From Malacoraja senta (taxonomy: Eukaryota): a stretch of DNA of 64,000 nucleotides. Positions 39,921-54,240 of this stretch are shown piece by piece (positions within the stretch are counted from its first letter, which is position 1; the number at the start of each line of letters is the position of its first letter). Both the position numbers and the translations under genes were made by a program. The notes beneath the pieces are model-generated. The model worked only from the letters and a program-made list of their open reading frames with translations. It made no database searches and was not told where the DNA came from. Location of the stretch: NCBI GenBank assembly GCA_038087875.1, contig CM075978.1, positions 24,986,001-25,050,000 of the forward strand. The letters are read 5' to 3'.

Positions 39921-40934
39921 CAGGCCCAGAGAGAGAGGGAGAGAAATCGGCGAAGTGCTGGCAACAACAGAAACAGAGAGTAAAAACAATGCGTGAGAAG
40001 ATAGGTAATTTGCAACCTGAATGAAGTTTGTAGTTTTATATTGCATGTTTGACAAACGAGAGGTTAGATTGTTTCTAGATTGTTCGAATACACCTTTAAG
40101 CAGGAAGATAATGTTTTCTGCGACGCTTTCATCGAATCGAGTGCCTATATTTTTGGGATAAATAATGTATCTCTACGCCTTTGAAACTACGCTCTCCAGA
40201 ACCAATAAGGGGAAGCAAACAATTAATTGATTCTTATATCAGGGGAAAAAATACTTTGGGAAGGCAAATCATTTGCGTCTAATTGTATTGCAGGTGAATG
40301 TAAAACCCAACATTATTTAATGAAAAGCTTAGTGTGCAGATTGCACAAACAAGAGGCAGGATCCCTTGTTGATTGTACAACTTTGCACATTGTTTGGCCG
40401 CGGAAGTCACATATTGTCACCTGATTACATGGCCCAAGGAATGGCAGATAAACCCCCGCGAGGCGACAATATTGAAGATATTTTTTACTGACTTTGAAAC
40501 AAAGCGGCCGTGTGTTAGTGGCGATCTACATCCCACTTTACAGAGCGCTGTTTAACAGGGGCGCGCACACCTTCAACATGGCGGCGTTGCAATGACAAAC
40601 TTTGACCAGCGCAAGATAGTCTATTTATTTTTAAAGACCAGTATTTTAAAAAAAGGGTTAAAATAAACCACAAGACCGTCCCGTCGCTAAAAGCTATGCT
40701 GCGCCGCAATCGGAATGTGAACTAGTTTACCGAACGTAAAATTTAGCAAAGGATTTTTATTGCAGTCCAACCCGCTGTGCTGAGCAATGACTACTCCACA
40801 CGTTGAACTATCCACTGACTTGCAACATCAAACAACCAATAAACGCGCAAAAAGTCGCTTCTCCAATTTCAAGTGTAAGTTCTTGCCTAAAATAAAACTT
40901 TACCCGAACAATCAATGGGCTCCAATTGACTCAC

Positions 40935-41017
40935 CTCCCTTCCCCAGCCGAGCGCCTCGTCTCTACCTGCAGGGAAATCGCGTCTCTTGGCTGCTCACTG
41001 GTGAGGCCAGTTATATA
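40935..41017 (-). promoter_or_regulatory. Candidate intermediate Otx2 promoter and short non-coding first exon
   Basis: Minus-strand TATATAA at 41017-41011, followed by donors CAG|GTAGAG (exon end 40967) and GAG|GTGAGT (exon end 40935). CpG-rich, with clustered TAATTA sites upstream (41100-41290). Confidence 0.55.
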
Positions 41018-43525
41018 GAGCTGCCCGAATCTGTCGGCTTTCCAGCACAATCTGTCACTTTTTGCAAGAATCCCATCCACCAGTTGCTCGGTCCTTCGGT
41101 CGACCATAATTACCCGCCGTGCATGCGGCCGAGAATTAATTATAATAAATGTTTTCTTGATAAATTAACGAGATTATCCGGGTGGCACACGTTCCTTAAT
41201 TACAGGGACGCTGCAAAAAAAAAAACTGGTATGGCGGAGAACGCGTTCTCTCCCCCCATCCCTGCCGCATTTGTTCTGATTAATTTTATGCTTGATGGAA
41301 ATGAAACAAAGCTATAGAGTCGAATTATATTTATTAAAAAGAAACACCATTAACCTCGGCCCTTGCAAATTTTAGACTCGTGGGACTTCTCTGAACAACG
41401 ACACGTACTTAAGCATTTGGTTTTATTTGTAACATGTAAAGGTCGCTGTCCAACGATTAAAAACGAGTGTATTAAAAAATTGGCTAGTAGGTTGCTTATC
41501 ACAACGCTCATCTAATGAACATCCTCACCACCGCCTGTTTGTTACGAAGCGGAATGATGAATATTCGATATATTGTTTTCGATGGCAGCTGTTTTTTTTT
41601 AAATCGTCTTTAAAGCGCGCAGCACGCGTGAGCTGTCTTTGCCTCCACGTGTCTAGGAGTCTTTGAGATTTTGTTTCAAGACTTTGCAGTTGGTTCGAAT
41701 TTGAGTTTATACACTCAGGAGCGAGCAGCTGAGGTGGAAAGTGCCTCGCAAATCTCAGCATTCACACACATGGGATAACCCTGCCTCGCTCGGGTCCAGT
41801 TTTTGTTTAATTTTGTTATACTAAAAGGCCTGTACTAATTTTACAAACTTCCGGCAGACTTGATCATTGTTTTCGCTATCGTTTTTTAGAAGACTAGATT
41901 TAAATACAAACTTTAAGTCGTTCGTTATTTGTGATATAAACAATTCAACTATTTAAACCTCAACACGAATTACCTGGACAAAAAGCGACTGAAAATTGCT
42001 TAAAACGTCATAACACAAAATCAATCCCAAATGAGATTAAGGTCAAGGAGAGCAAATGTTCAATTAAAAATATTGTTTTTAAATTCAGTCTCTTAAATGT
42101 CGTCCAAACTAAAATACGAACACACTAGAGACCATACAGTTACCAGTAAACGTTTAAACTTTAAACGCTAATGCTTCTTTTTTCAGGATTTCAAAATCTT
42201 CGTTTTAGTTCAAGAAAACATGCCATTCTAATTGAAAACTAGTTACTTGAAATGGGAAACATTAATTCAAAAAGTATTTTGTTGTAAACAAGCATGTGGT
42301 CAGTAAAAGGAACAGTAAAGTGAATTCAACTTTTTTAATGTAACTTTCAAGTGCCTACACGACTAAGACGAATGAATAAGCAATTGTGTTTTGCAGATGT
42401 AGTGAACTTTCTATTGTTTGGCTAGAAATGTTGCTAGGAAGTTTAATCTTAAGACTCTGTTCCCACAACCCCCCCCCCCCAAAAAGATCCTAAATTTGAA
42501 CACATTTTGTATGAACATATTCTGACTTTTAAAATAAATTGAAACGCAGAGTGATTGATCTAGGTTTTGTGTGCCAAAGACTCTTCTCTGCGGACTACTG
42601 AGCGGTCCACCTACTGGAAAAGCTCTTGGTCAATAATTTGGAAACGATCGATTTCATTCCAGTTTATTTGAGCTGATAAATCTTTGACAATAAACATCTG
42701 CAACCAGCGCTTCCCAGATGAGGATGTGATTTGCAAGGACTGATCGGCGATGCTGAAGGGGGTGGGGTGAGGGACCGAGAGAAATCCACGCCTCCTCAAT
42801 TATCCCTGTGTTTGAACATTCATTGGGAAGTGGGTGGGGGGGGGGGGTTACTGTGATTTAACAGCGATCCTAACACGGGCGAAAATGAAAGAGTTTTTGG
42901 CTCTATCCACTCAGGAATGGAGAAACCAATAATTGCAACATATTTATCCGAAAGCCTACAGACAACTCGAGAAACAGCGAAACCCTTTTCCCAACTTGAA
43001 TAATGGGAATTTTGTCTACCGTTCCCCACCCCACCAGCACATCTTCCAACACACATTCTCACACATGCACACCCACGAACTAAAAACATAAGCGAAAACA
43101 AACAGCACACAAATTCCGGACTCATTACAACCACTTTGGAGGAAATAAAAGGAAAAAGACTTATCAAGATTTGGAATCTGCGAAAAGTGTTCTCATGCAC
43201 GCATATCAATATCAAACGGTTTCATTCCAGGGCGGGTACACTCGTCGATTTTTTTCCCCCTCTCGGAAAGGTTTCGCGCAATATTCCGTATCAAATCTCC
43301 AGTTCGTTGAAAAAATATTATCATCGGTTCCCAATCAAAAAGGAAGCGCGATTTGTCAAATAAGTCACCTGTTTTACTGGACCCTGGTCGACGTTAAACA
43401 CCCTAAAATTCAGGCGCCCACGTTCCTGACGGCCTTTGTCCCTGAAAACAAAAATAAAATAAATAGGTTAGAAGTCTTCAGATTGTGGATTCAGAAAATA
43501 CCTTCGCATGAAATGGATTCAATAC

Positions 43526-43760
43526 CTGCCGAGTTAATATTTCTGTTTTAAGAAGGAGATGAGCCTGTTTAAAGGCGGTGTGTGTTGTTTTCAGTGGGAA
43601 AATGGTTGAGATTGCTCAGTTGCACCGGTCTCTCTCTCCTTTCTCTGAGACTTGCTGAGAAAGCGCCTCTCTGGTAACTTTTTGACGCAAACTCCGCAGC
43701 CAATAGCAAAGGGAGAGTGATTGACACATCTCAGCATAACCAGGGGGAAAATAACACCCA
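43526..43760 (-). promoter_or_regulatory. Candidate distal Otx2 promoter and non-coding first exon
   Basis: About 4.2 kb upstream of the ATG, with a CCAAT box near 43700 and donor CAG|GTATTG (exon end 43526). The segment GCGTCAAAAAGTTACCAGAGAGGCGCTTTCTCAGCAA resembles, from memory and not verified, the mammalian distal Otx2 5' exon. Confidence 0.55.
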
Positions 43761-44549
43761 GCGGGAAGAGAGAAACCCTACTCCAAGAAGGAAAAAAACA
43801 GAGCGAAGTCACCCAAAGCAGGAAAATAAAGGAAATAAATACAAATCAAGCAATGGGAGCGACAATCCCAAGCAAAAGAATAGAGATTGCACAGTGAATA
43901 TACCCAGTTTACAGTGAACTGGCATTAGCCAGCCAGCCAGGATAACAGGGCCAATAATCCAGTCATTGGAAGTAGTCTAGGATTAAAATTAATATTACTA
44001 AAACAGGACCGATTGAAGAAAAACGGGTTAGGCCAAAGAGACATGGGCAAAGAAGGACAATTTAGAACGTGTGATGGAAAGAAGAGGGGAGGGAAGGAAT
44101 GAGGGAGGGAGAGAGAGAGAGGGGGGGAGAGCGAGAGAGAGAGAGAGAGATCGCGAAGGCATTAACCAAGAGAATAGAGGGAGCAATCAGGTTAGAGATT
44201 CTGAGCTGAACCGGCAAGGGGAAGGAATCTCGATAGAATAAACCAGAGCTGTACTGGCAGGAGTGACACAGTGAGGATGCATGAACTAGAATAATTCAGG
44301 ATAGCTGGCTCAGGGAAAAGAAATATCCGGTTACAAATGCCAGAGAGCCAGAGAACAACCAGTGATGAACCAGTGTGCGGAAATTTCATAGATAGACATG
44401 GGACTTTACAACACAAGGTAAGAGAACCACATTTAAAGTTGCCAAAAGAGAGGACATAATCTAGCGACAAAAATAGTGTTAAGCAACATGTACCAAGGAT
44501 GACAATTTAAAAGAAAAATTACATCGTAGTTAATCAGTCGGTGGTTAAA

Positions 44550-44696
44550 NNNNNNNNNNNNNNNNNNNNNNNNNNNNNNNNNNNNNNNNNNNNNNNNNNN
44601 NNNNNNNNNNNNNNNNNNNNNNNNNNNNNNNNNNNNNNNNNNNNNNNNNNNNNNNNNNNNNNNNNNNNNNNNNNNNNNNNNNNNNNNNNNNNNNNN
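44550..44696. other. Assembly gap (147 N)
   Basis: Run of N. Confidence 1.
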
Positions 44697-45783
44697 AGAT
44701 AGACATTCATATAGATAGACAGACTGATTAGAAAGAAACGAAGCCGATTAAAGTAACTCCACCCTAATAAAACGAGTTTTATCAGTAACCTGTGGCCTAT
44801 GATGCAATTTGCCTGCTTTCAAGAAAAGCATTTCGGATAAAGAAAAACACCCCTCGCACAAACGGAGAACAAATACACCTTTAATTCAAACCATGAATAA
44901 ATTAGTTCCACTTATAAGGAGAATAACAATATTCTGAAAATGATTAGGTCGGGTAGGACCGATGATTTCATATTTTGCGGTCTGTTATCATATGCCTGTT
45001 TATGTTTCTCGTTTGTAGAGTCCTCGATTATTAAAAACCCAAAGCAAATGGGCCCACATGCTTCCTCGCCCTAAACAAGGCTATAATAGTCGAAATAGTC
45101 GAACGTTTAAAAAAAATCGTAGATACGTTAATTGCAAACGTTTCGATTCTTGATAAATGGTGACACTACTGGATAAAAACAAAGGTGTTGGTTGCTTAAA
45201 TAACACAATGTGAGCGTGAGGTGGAAGCTGCGAGACTGCAAAAGGAAATGTCCAAGAGGAATACGGAGAAATTCTAATTAGAAAACTGATGAAAAGGTTT
45301 GTCCCTTTCGAGGCTTTGTCCAAACCAACCGTTTAAAGACCCACCTGAGCAAATGGAGTTCTCACAATCTGCTCTACACCGATTCTACACAAAATCCACA
45401 TTTTACAGTAATAATAACTTTCTACACAGAAAATGATTCCCTCCGACATTAAAGGAATTACAATAAGACGTGTATCACTTTTCTGAAACCAACAAAGTGT
45501 CATTCTGTGAAATATTCAAGGCTCTAAACAACATAACCCACAGCTATACAACTTTTAGGACCAACAAATGTATTTTTTTCTTTGAAGAAGTGTTTCTCCA
45601 TCAATTAATTCGGGATATTTTCACAGCAATAAATAAAACAAATAACAAACTGAGACGCACTTCTTCAAGGTAATCACTAAAAAGTGTTCAAGTATCAAGG
45701 ATGACAACAACAAAAAACACTAATTCAACTGCCACCAACTGATATCAGGAATTCTCGCCTCCGATTTTTACTTTTGACATTGA

Positions 45784-45877
45784 TTTGAGAAGTTCTGAAT
45801 AAATTGCTGGAACAACATCGCCTATTTTTTTTTGAGAAGTTCTGAATAAATTGCTGGAACAACATCGCCTATTTTTT
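45784..45877. repeat. Perfect two-copy 47-bp tandem repeat
   Basis: TTTGAGAAGTTCTGAATAAATTGCTGGAACAACATCGCCTATTTTTT starts at 45784 and 45831. Confidence 0.95.
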
Positions 45878-48503
45878 TTAAAATCTATAAAAGCACAACA
45901 GCGCCACGCCGGTGAAAACCACTTCAGAAGGTCGAAGCCAATGCAAAAGGCGACAAGAAAACTTGGTGTATCCACCATTGCAAACATCGCTACAGCCAAG
46001 TTTCTGAGATGTGTTGCCTAATTGCAGAAAACGCAAATGCTTCTTGCTCACGTTGGTATCCAATTCCTTACACAGGAACACGGCAAAATACAAATTGCAT
46101 AACACCGAGATCACAGAGAAATATAATGTGGTATGTAGCATGACACTGATGATCGGTGAAATATTTTAAATTACATCAGAACTTTGGGCCGGATGTCTGG
46201 TGCACGATAAAAACTGGGAAACTGTTTGTTTACCTATGTTTCAGTATACTCTCCAGTGCGTTCCACATTAAGTTTGCCACCTTGTTTTACAAACACCTAT
46301 CTAAGTAACAAGTTAGTCGCTACAAACTATCGAATTCTATTTATTATCGACGTGTTCTTACCTTTTATCGAATAGTTTTATAGTTCGATCTCAACTAAAT
46401 CAATCAATCTTTATTTGCCCGAGCCATTCGATCAGTGCGTAAAATTGCCCCCTCCCTATTAATTGTAAATGCGAACAAAAGCTGCCAAATGACTGGAAGT
46501 CGTCTCTGAAATGTTCGCTGTTGTTTGTACCACCGCGACCAGCGAGCACTCTGCCGGGGCTTAAACTCATGTCCCAGAAGGAAGCTTCGAAAACACTTTT
46601 AAATACATGAACATGTGTTCGCAGCTTTCCACACTGAAAATATAAATCGCCTCCAACTCCAAACCTTTTAGAGTGCGGCGGATACATTTGAAATTGTTTC
46701 TACTTTCAAATGATTTTATTTCTTTAACCAAAATGCCATTTATTTAACCTATTGTCATTTGATAGGCGATGTAAGGATACATTTTCTTTAAAATACTTCA
46801 TATTTGTATTATTTCGATTTAAATTATTGACATTGAGATATCTCTCTCTAAAGTTTTACTTGTTAGAGTGGCGAAGTTGGCTGCGCCTTTTTTTCTGCAA
46901 AATCGTCAACTAATTATTGGAAATAATTGAGTTTTTTTAATTTTATATTTAAGATCTTTGTTTTAACATACCTAGACCTTTAACAGTTAAATTATAATAT
47001 CGATAATGCTAAGTCATTAAAGTGCAACGGTTGATATTGGTAGCACCCAATCGGGATGTTAAATTGGGAAATAAGGATTTTACGAACTAGTGCCCAGGTT
47101 AAATACGGACACAGCTTTGGAAGTATTAGATCATAGCTTTGAGCTATGTAGAGTATCACAAAGTTTTAAAAGAATACACGACTTGCATTTATGTAGCTCC
47201 TTTCAGGACTCCCAGAAGTGATTTTATGTCGAAGTACTTTTGAAGTATCTTCACTGTCACAGTGCAGGATGCATTGAAGAACCGTATCTTCTAATTATAG
47301 AAACAATATTCTAGTTTCAGTTAGCCTTTAAACTTTTTTATATCTATGGTAATAGTGACATGGGTGCCGGAGATCTGTTTACTGGATAATGGATCTGATT
47401 GACTGTTGGGTTAACATTTTAGGCGTGCTAAATTAATCGAGGAAGGAACATTTAAATCTGGATGCGATGGAAGAAATAGGTTTAAGCTCGTCTATAAATC
47501 ATCATTGTGGGACGTTTTATATATGGAAAAACAAAATCCAGCAAAAACACAAATTTCTACGGAAAACTGTATATCTATCAGAGTATTTATATCTAATAAA
47601 CTTTTATGTCGATACAACATACTGCTTTTTCTAGCATTTCTTAAACAGGCATAGGAATACAGATTATTTTGGTGCTTTTTTTGACTAGAACATTTCACAA
47701 AATAACAACCAAGGAATGAAAAGTCGCTGTTTTACCCGCTGCCTGACACCCAGTCAGTTTCCATCAATTGTAGTTCAGCTGATGATTTACTCTTACAGAT
47801 GTTAATCTTCTGCCCAACATTAAATAAAATTGATAGTTCGCTCCTTAAGTAGATCCGATCACATTTGCCCAGCACCTGTTATTTCGTAGTCCAGATGTAC
47901 TCTTTGAACATACACCACTTCCTGATCTGAAGAAAAGTAGGAGGAGTCGTTTAAATCAATGAAAATTTGGATGGTTTTATGTCTAAATCGGCTATCACCT
48001 CACCGCCTGTCAAAATAAGAACTCAAGGAGCGTAAAGTCATCGAACACCGTTCGATCAGAAGTATTAAAACGGCTTAAACCTGGCTCACTTTTTTCCTCC
48101 GGTAATAGAACGGGTGTTTCTCTTAGTTAATTAGTCCAAGTATCAGACACAATTTAATTAGTAGGGACACAAACACAAAACCTCCCACCTCACCTGAGCA
48201 AATAGAAGAATGTCCTCAACAATAAAAATAATTTCCCAAATTTCACAGGAATATTTCAAGAGAGGAAAAAAAAACAAATCAGTCGTCAAGCAAAATAAAT
48301 GGGGAAAAAATACAGTCTTGTAATGCATTGCCATATAAAATCCGAGGTAGGTAGGGGCTCGGGAGGATCAGCTGCCAGGAGGCATTTTTTCATTGCTTTA
48401 ATCGGGATAAAGTTGTGTTGTGGAGAACGCGGCGCTGCAATCAGTCTCTGACACAGCTCTGGAGCAGATGCCTCCTTTCCAAATTATACAGTTTAATCCC
48501 TTC

Positions 48504-48667
48504 NNNNNNNNNNNNNNNNNNNNNNNNNNNNNNNNNNNNNNNNNNNNNNNNNNNNNNNNNNNNNNNNNNNNNNNNNNNNNNNNNNNNNNNNNNNNNNNNN
48601 NNNNNNNNNNNNNNNNNNNNNNNNNNNNNNNNNNNNNNNNNNNNNNNNNNNNNNNNNNNNNNNNNNN
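48504..48667. other. Assembly gap (164 N)
   Basis: Run of N. The ORFs containing X here are artefacts. Confidence 1.
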
Positions 48668-50002
48668 GGTGCAAAAATAGCAATCTAAGGCAGATCCAAG
48701 TGTGAGTGAGTGAGTGAGTGTGTGCGTGTAAGAAACAGAGGACTGCTTCACACTCGTGCCTGCCCCTGCCTTATCACCTTCCATTCTCCGGCTTTGCCAG
48801 TTTCCCATTTTCTAGGATTCTCGCCTGCACTGTTGTTATTCTTGTTTCCTTTGAAACAAGTTAACTCCTTCGAGGCAAGTGGCGCTTTTCAAAAGACCCG
48901 GCACTCGATTTTTAGACAACTGGCATAACTTTCTCCTTAATGAATTGGCCATTCTCGGTGAAGGTTGATTTGTAAATTGGGCTATCAGTAACTCGTTTTG
49001 TTGCATTTAACATTCATTATTAATAACACATTGGTGGAATCAATGCAAATAAAAATACAACAGGGGCCAGTGTACTGTTCTTTTTAAACAAAGAGATCCC
49101 TGGAAAACTGAAACTAAAAAAAATGCATACATAACAGATCAGACAGCATCTGTTGAGATATTTCAGATAGATCATAGCATATCTCTCTCTCCACAGATGC
49201 CGACTGACCTGCCAGAGCTTCTCCTTTAAAATATATATATACTGAAATGCCAGCACCATTTATTTTCATTAATGTGTAACAATTGGATAATAGTTTTGCG
49301 AGCGACACTGTTTATTCATTAAGTTCCACACTAGAGATCAGCCAATAGTTTAAAATATCAGATTAGCTGTTACTTTAAATAAACAATATTTTGCTAATCT
49401 AGCGATTTTCTCGTCTTGGGGTGTCTCCTGCGAAAATAATTTACTTTCTTTGCAACACCACAAAGGGGCCAGCTGTCGATTGTACTCCGTTTCTTATTCT
49501 GAGGGTGTTATTGTGTATGATCGTGACATATGCGAATATTTAGCTTTGTATCTCACAGACTCATAGACTGATTAGGTTGGAATTTTACTACTAAAATTAG
49601 GAAATGAATATAACTCACTTTTGACATGTCTTCATTATGGAAATTGACTGTTGAGCTGAAGAGATCTTTTAATTGAAAATCCGCCATATTTCAATAGTAA
49701 TGCAACTGAAGAAGATTATATACTTTATCCAAACATTCGAACAATTACTGTTGGGATCGAGGATAACAACCAAACACCAGAAGGCATTAGCTCCAATATA
49801 GCAGGTTATATTAATTGCTGGGCGAATCTGATTTTATAAAATAAATTATTTGACAATATTTACACGACTAGGGCAGTATTACAGTTTGAGTGAGACACTT
49901 AGTATATAAAACTTCTGAGTCAAGACCGTGTGATTTTGTTTAAACTGATGAACTAAATAGAACGAGTGTGATGAATTCATCAGGGGCGATTAAGCTTGAA
50001 TT

Positions 50003-50005
<3 letters not shown>

Positions 50006-50078
<73 letters not shown>
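50006..50078. repeat. (TA)n microsatellite
   Basis: About 36 perfect TA units. Confidence 0.99.
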
Positions 50079-50081
<3 letters not shown>

Positions 50082-51381
50082 ATGATATGTAAAATGTATT
50101 TGCTTTAAATTCTGAATGGCAGCTGATTTACACCAGATCTTCAAAATAAACGTTTTCTCGCCGCTTTGAACACGGGATGCAAGTTATGGTGTAAATCGGA
50201 GAGGTTTTGTTACGTTTTGGGAAATTAAGAGGCGCAGAGGAGTGAACAGCAGTAAGAACTCCATACATCAAGACAGATTAAATTTAAATCTAACTCTGTT
50301 ATTATGGATGTTTGCGAAATGTCAATTTTGAAATTTAAACAGAAGTGAGGACAACAGCATTCGCATTTCATCTAGCACAATGATCAAACCCTGATGTTTA
50401 ATATTCAGTTTCACTTTATATGGATGTTGACCATTACTGCGAACATTCATTATCCCAATTCTGCCTTTATTTGTCCTCGACCTTCTTTGCTACCCATTTT
50501 GTGGCAAAGGAGCGGAGCTCCAGCCAAATTTCTTTTGTACTACCCATCGCATTAAAATAGTAAGCAACTTCTGCAAAGCCAACGTGACGTGTTCACCTTT
50601 ATATTTAAAATATAACAACACAGGTTCCGACAATGTCGGTCGGTGAATAACAACATTAGAGGACTCGCTCGAGTGGTTTGTGGCTGGGAATTTGTCGCAC
50701 TATCTGCCAACAGGAATAACTTGGAATATCAAAAGCACTTAAAGAAAAACAAACCCAGAGAACCACAATAGACGCGAAATCCCTTCCATTACCTTGGCAT
50801 GTATTAAAAGAGCCTGAGAAAAATTACTATGCAGCTGAAATAAAGTTTATTAACAATTGTAGTGGACCTGGGCGACGATTAACATACAAGTCTACTTTAC
50901 CAATACACCTTTAATAGCAGTGCAGCGATGTAGGATTTTATTTGGTTTAGTCTAAGTGTTTCCCCATTTCCTCGGCAGTGGGTTACCACTAAACCCCAAG
51001 TAACAACTCCAGTTTCGGCATTTACAAATCAGAGGGAAAAAAGATGTCGATACGTTAATTACATTTCCAAAATTTAAGAATTATAGTCTGGTATTACTCT
51101 ATAGATCTGAGCAAAATACAACTACATTCACAAATGCAATCGTGATTTAATTAAGACGAAGTTCGATTTATTTTTCGACAGTGACATAATGTAAACATTA
51201 TGTTCGAAATTGTGATAAATAAACGCCTGCTATAGCATTTATTTTTTGTTTAAAAAATAAAACAGCCCTAAACGCAACTTTAAATTTCCAATGCTATTAT
51301 CGAGAATCCCCTATCAATGACACGACTTGTAAACTTGCGCCGGGAAAAATATTTCTCGTGAGCTAACAAATGCAGCATACA

Positions 51382-51484
51382 AAGGTAGGCACAAAATGCT
51401 GGAGTAAGTCAGCGGGGCAAGCAGCATCTCTGGAGAGAAGGAACGGGTGACGTTTGGGGCCGAGACCCTCTTCAGACTACAAAT
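51382..51484 (-). mobile_element. Penelope-derived ~100-bp unit
   Basis: Same unit as 26501-26600, with the core mutated (CTGAAGAGGGTCTCGGCCCCAAACGTC). 16-bp TSD ACAAATGCAGCATACA (51366-51381 and 51485-51500). Confidence 0.88.
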
Positions 51485-54099
51485 ACAAATGCAGCATACA
51501 GTTGCAGGAAATAAAATAAAAATGATTGCTTTTCATAAATACCCTCCCGAACAACAACTTGTGTGTTTACCTCAAAGATGAACTGCAATGCAAAATTAGT
51601 GGTTTGTTGTTTATGTCTTTCACGGAGAGATCTACAAAGTAGTTTAAACTTTGCGTCATATTTAATTACAGAACCTTATAGGCGTCATCACAATTTGCAA
51701 ATAGTAATCGTATTTTCCTCCGGAATTATGTATTTAAAATCCCATTCCTTGTGTATAAGGTACGTAATCCCAATTCTTGTGTATAATGTACAGAACGAAA
51801 CACCCCTCTTGATCTAAAATATAGTTTAAAAATACCTTCTCAGGTAATGAGCAACTGCCTGAAAAATACTAATGTAAACACACTAACATTGTGTCCACGA
51901 AGCAAATGGGAGGAAGCAACCCCCAACACTGCCTCTCCTATCCCACCCATCTTCTCCTCTTCCCTATGCATAATTCCAGGCATGTAAACAAACTTGCAAA
52001 ATGTCCATCAGGCCATTTTATCCTGGAAACAAGATTTAGGACTTAAAATTTAAACAAGGCAATTAAAGCATCGCAAACATCGGAGTGCTGCGACTTTGTT
52101 TCTGACATCGATGATTTAATGCAGAGACAGGAGGAGTACACGGTATTGAAGCGACCCACCCCCTGAAAGTTTCTCAGAAGCATTTAAAAGTAATACTACC
52201 CCTTAAACTTATTACCTTTATTTTTACAGGCGGCGCAAATATTTCAGGTACCCTCTGAAAATACTAGACACATATTTACAGAATACCAAGTGAGAAATAT
52301 TTCCAACCACAAAGCAGAGGGCATCACCTGTACATATTTTAAAACAAGCGTGTATAGGCTAGTTATCAACAGTAAGGAAAGATTATTAAAAATCCCATAG
52401 GTCTTCAATATCTCAACGAATAATTTAACCCAACAATTATTGCAGGTTATATGCTAGCATATGTGCAAAGTAACTGTGGGAAAACAAAAACGATTATACT
52501 GCTGGCAATGTCCAAATTACCAACGTTTAATTTAATCAATCGAACTAACTGTTACTTTTGATGACCAATATAACCATTGGTTGCTCGCTGTGAAATAAAA
52601 CGTATGTTTCATTTGCACAGTTCAATATTGTTCAGGTCACACCAAAGAATACCCGTGGAATTTGGCGGAGTGAACGCAACAAAATCCTTGCTAAACAAGT
52701 GCAGGGAAGGGGGAAAAATGTGTTTCAGCGTAATATCTCCAGACCTGGACGTTAATTCAGAAGTGGGCAGTTATTGTGAGCGACATCCTCTAATGACATA
52801 TTGTACATGTTGCATGTCAATTGATGTAGGACACTTGCTACATCAGTATTCTGAAAGGTAAATTTTACATAGTGTCATAGAACTTTAAAAAACATAAGTA
52901 GGAGCAGGAGGCGGCCATCCAGACCTTTGCGTCTGCTCTATCTTTACAGCGTTTCGCTCTCTCTCCCTCTTGTTTTCATCCTCTCATATCCGGGCCAAGT
53001 GAATGTGAAGACATTGAAGGTTCGGGGGCTGGAGAGGGGAGGTAACCTCTGACCCTTTGCCCACTGTATTTACCTGGTTGATCCACTCACTCTCTGGTCA
53101 ATGATGTCCCCCAAATATTCATGGTGGGTAAATGCACCAATGGTAGACTCTGTTTTTGGAGATTGTCAATGTGTTACACCCATGTGGTATGAGTACTATG
53201 TGTCTTTGATCAGCTCAGGTCATTGAGTCATATAGCATGGAAACAGGCATTTTTCCAACTCATCCATGCCTACTAAGATGCCCTATCTTGGTCTTTTAGC
53301 TGCAGAGTGCTGTATTACCTAATGGGTAATGACTGGAATTGAAAGTCGTCCATTGATTACTGAACATTTATACCTCGTGACTGAAGATGGGTTTGCCTGG
53401 GACACGATGGTAAGGGACACTCGCAGTGATGTATTGGGGTTGATATGATTGGCTTGAAAGCAATGAATTTTTCCTTAATTCCTTTCTATTGAACATCAAA
53501 TGGCAAACGTGTGACACTCATGCGAATGGGCTGTTTAAATTTGGACTGGCTTATTAATCCATAATTCATACATATAAACTGGTAATCTTGTGATTGGAGG
53601 AACAATATCTTTGTATGTTTCAGCCCCCCTTGTGTTTAATTCTTACATATTCCTCAAACCATGTAATTCAGCTTGAGAGCCTTAATCTTTAAGGTAAATA
53701 AAAACAGATTTAACATTGCTGTTTGGCATATTATTCATTGGCCATGAGTAAAATACGCTTTCCTAAAACTTTGTCCCATTTTCACTTTGTCTAAATCATT
53801 TGTGGATCAGACCTCTGCAATATATTATCTCAGATTACCATGAAGACCTTCTGACTCGAAATTCAAGGTAAAGTCCATTAATGCCGCACGTTTCCCACAA
53901 GTAACAACAAATATATTTCTCTCCAGTTGCTTTTACAAATGTAATGCTAATTAAGTAGAATTGAAATACTTAGGATTCTTTACAACATCACTGAACTGAA
54001 TCATTCTGCATATTGACATTGTGCCTTAAAAGACTTCTAACAAATTTGCAACTGGTATCTTTGAATAAGACTGATACTACACAACACATGCCAGTTTTT

Positions 54100-54240
54100 G
54101 CCCAGCTCCTACCTCTTCTTCAACTTTCTCCCCCATATTGCATTCCGTCTGAGGAAGGGTCCTGACCCAAAATGCCACTTATCAATGTTCTCCGGGGATG
54201 CTGCCTGACCTGCTGAGTTACTCCAGCACTTGTACTTTGC
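54100..54240 (+). mobile_element. Penelope-derived unit, degenerate (partial inverted copy at about 54485-54552)
   Basis: CTGAGGAAGGGTCCTGACCCAAAATG...GATGCTGCCTGACCTGCTGAGTTACTCCAGCAC. Confidence 0.75.

Noticed and set aside
40787-41317. 176-aa plus-strand ORF antisense to the Otx2 upstream region
   Set aside because: No recognisable protein features, and it overlaps a promoter-like region. Most likely a chance ORF.
43484-45400. FoxH1 consensus sites TGTGGATT (43484-43491) and AATCCACA (45393-45400) near the distal promoter
   Set aside because: Biologically plausible, but an 8-mer is expected a few times by chance in 64 kb and another copy occurs at 8373-8380. Not supportable without conservation data.
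48398-48808. ORFs spanning X residues
   Set aside because: Artefacts of the N gap.
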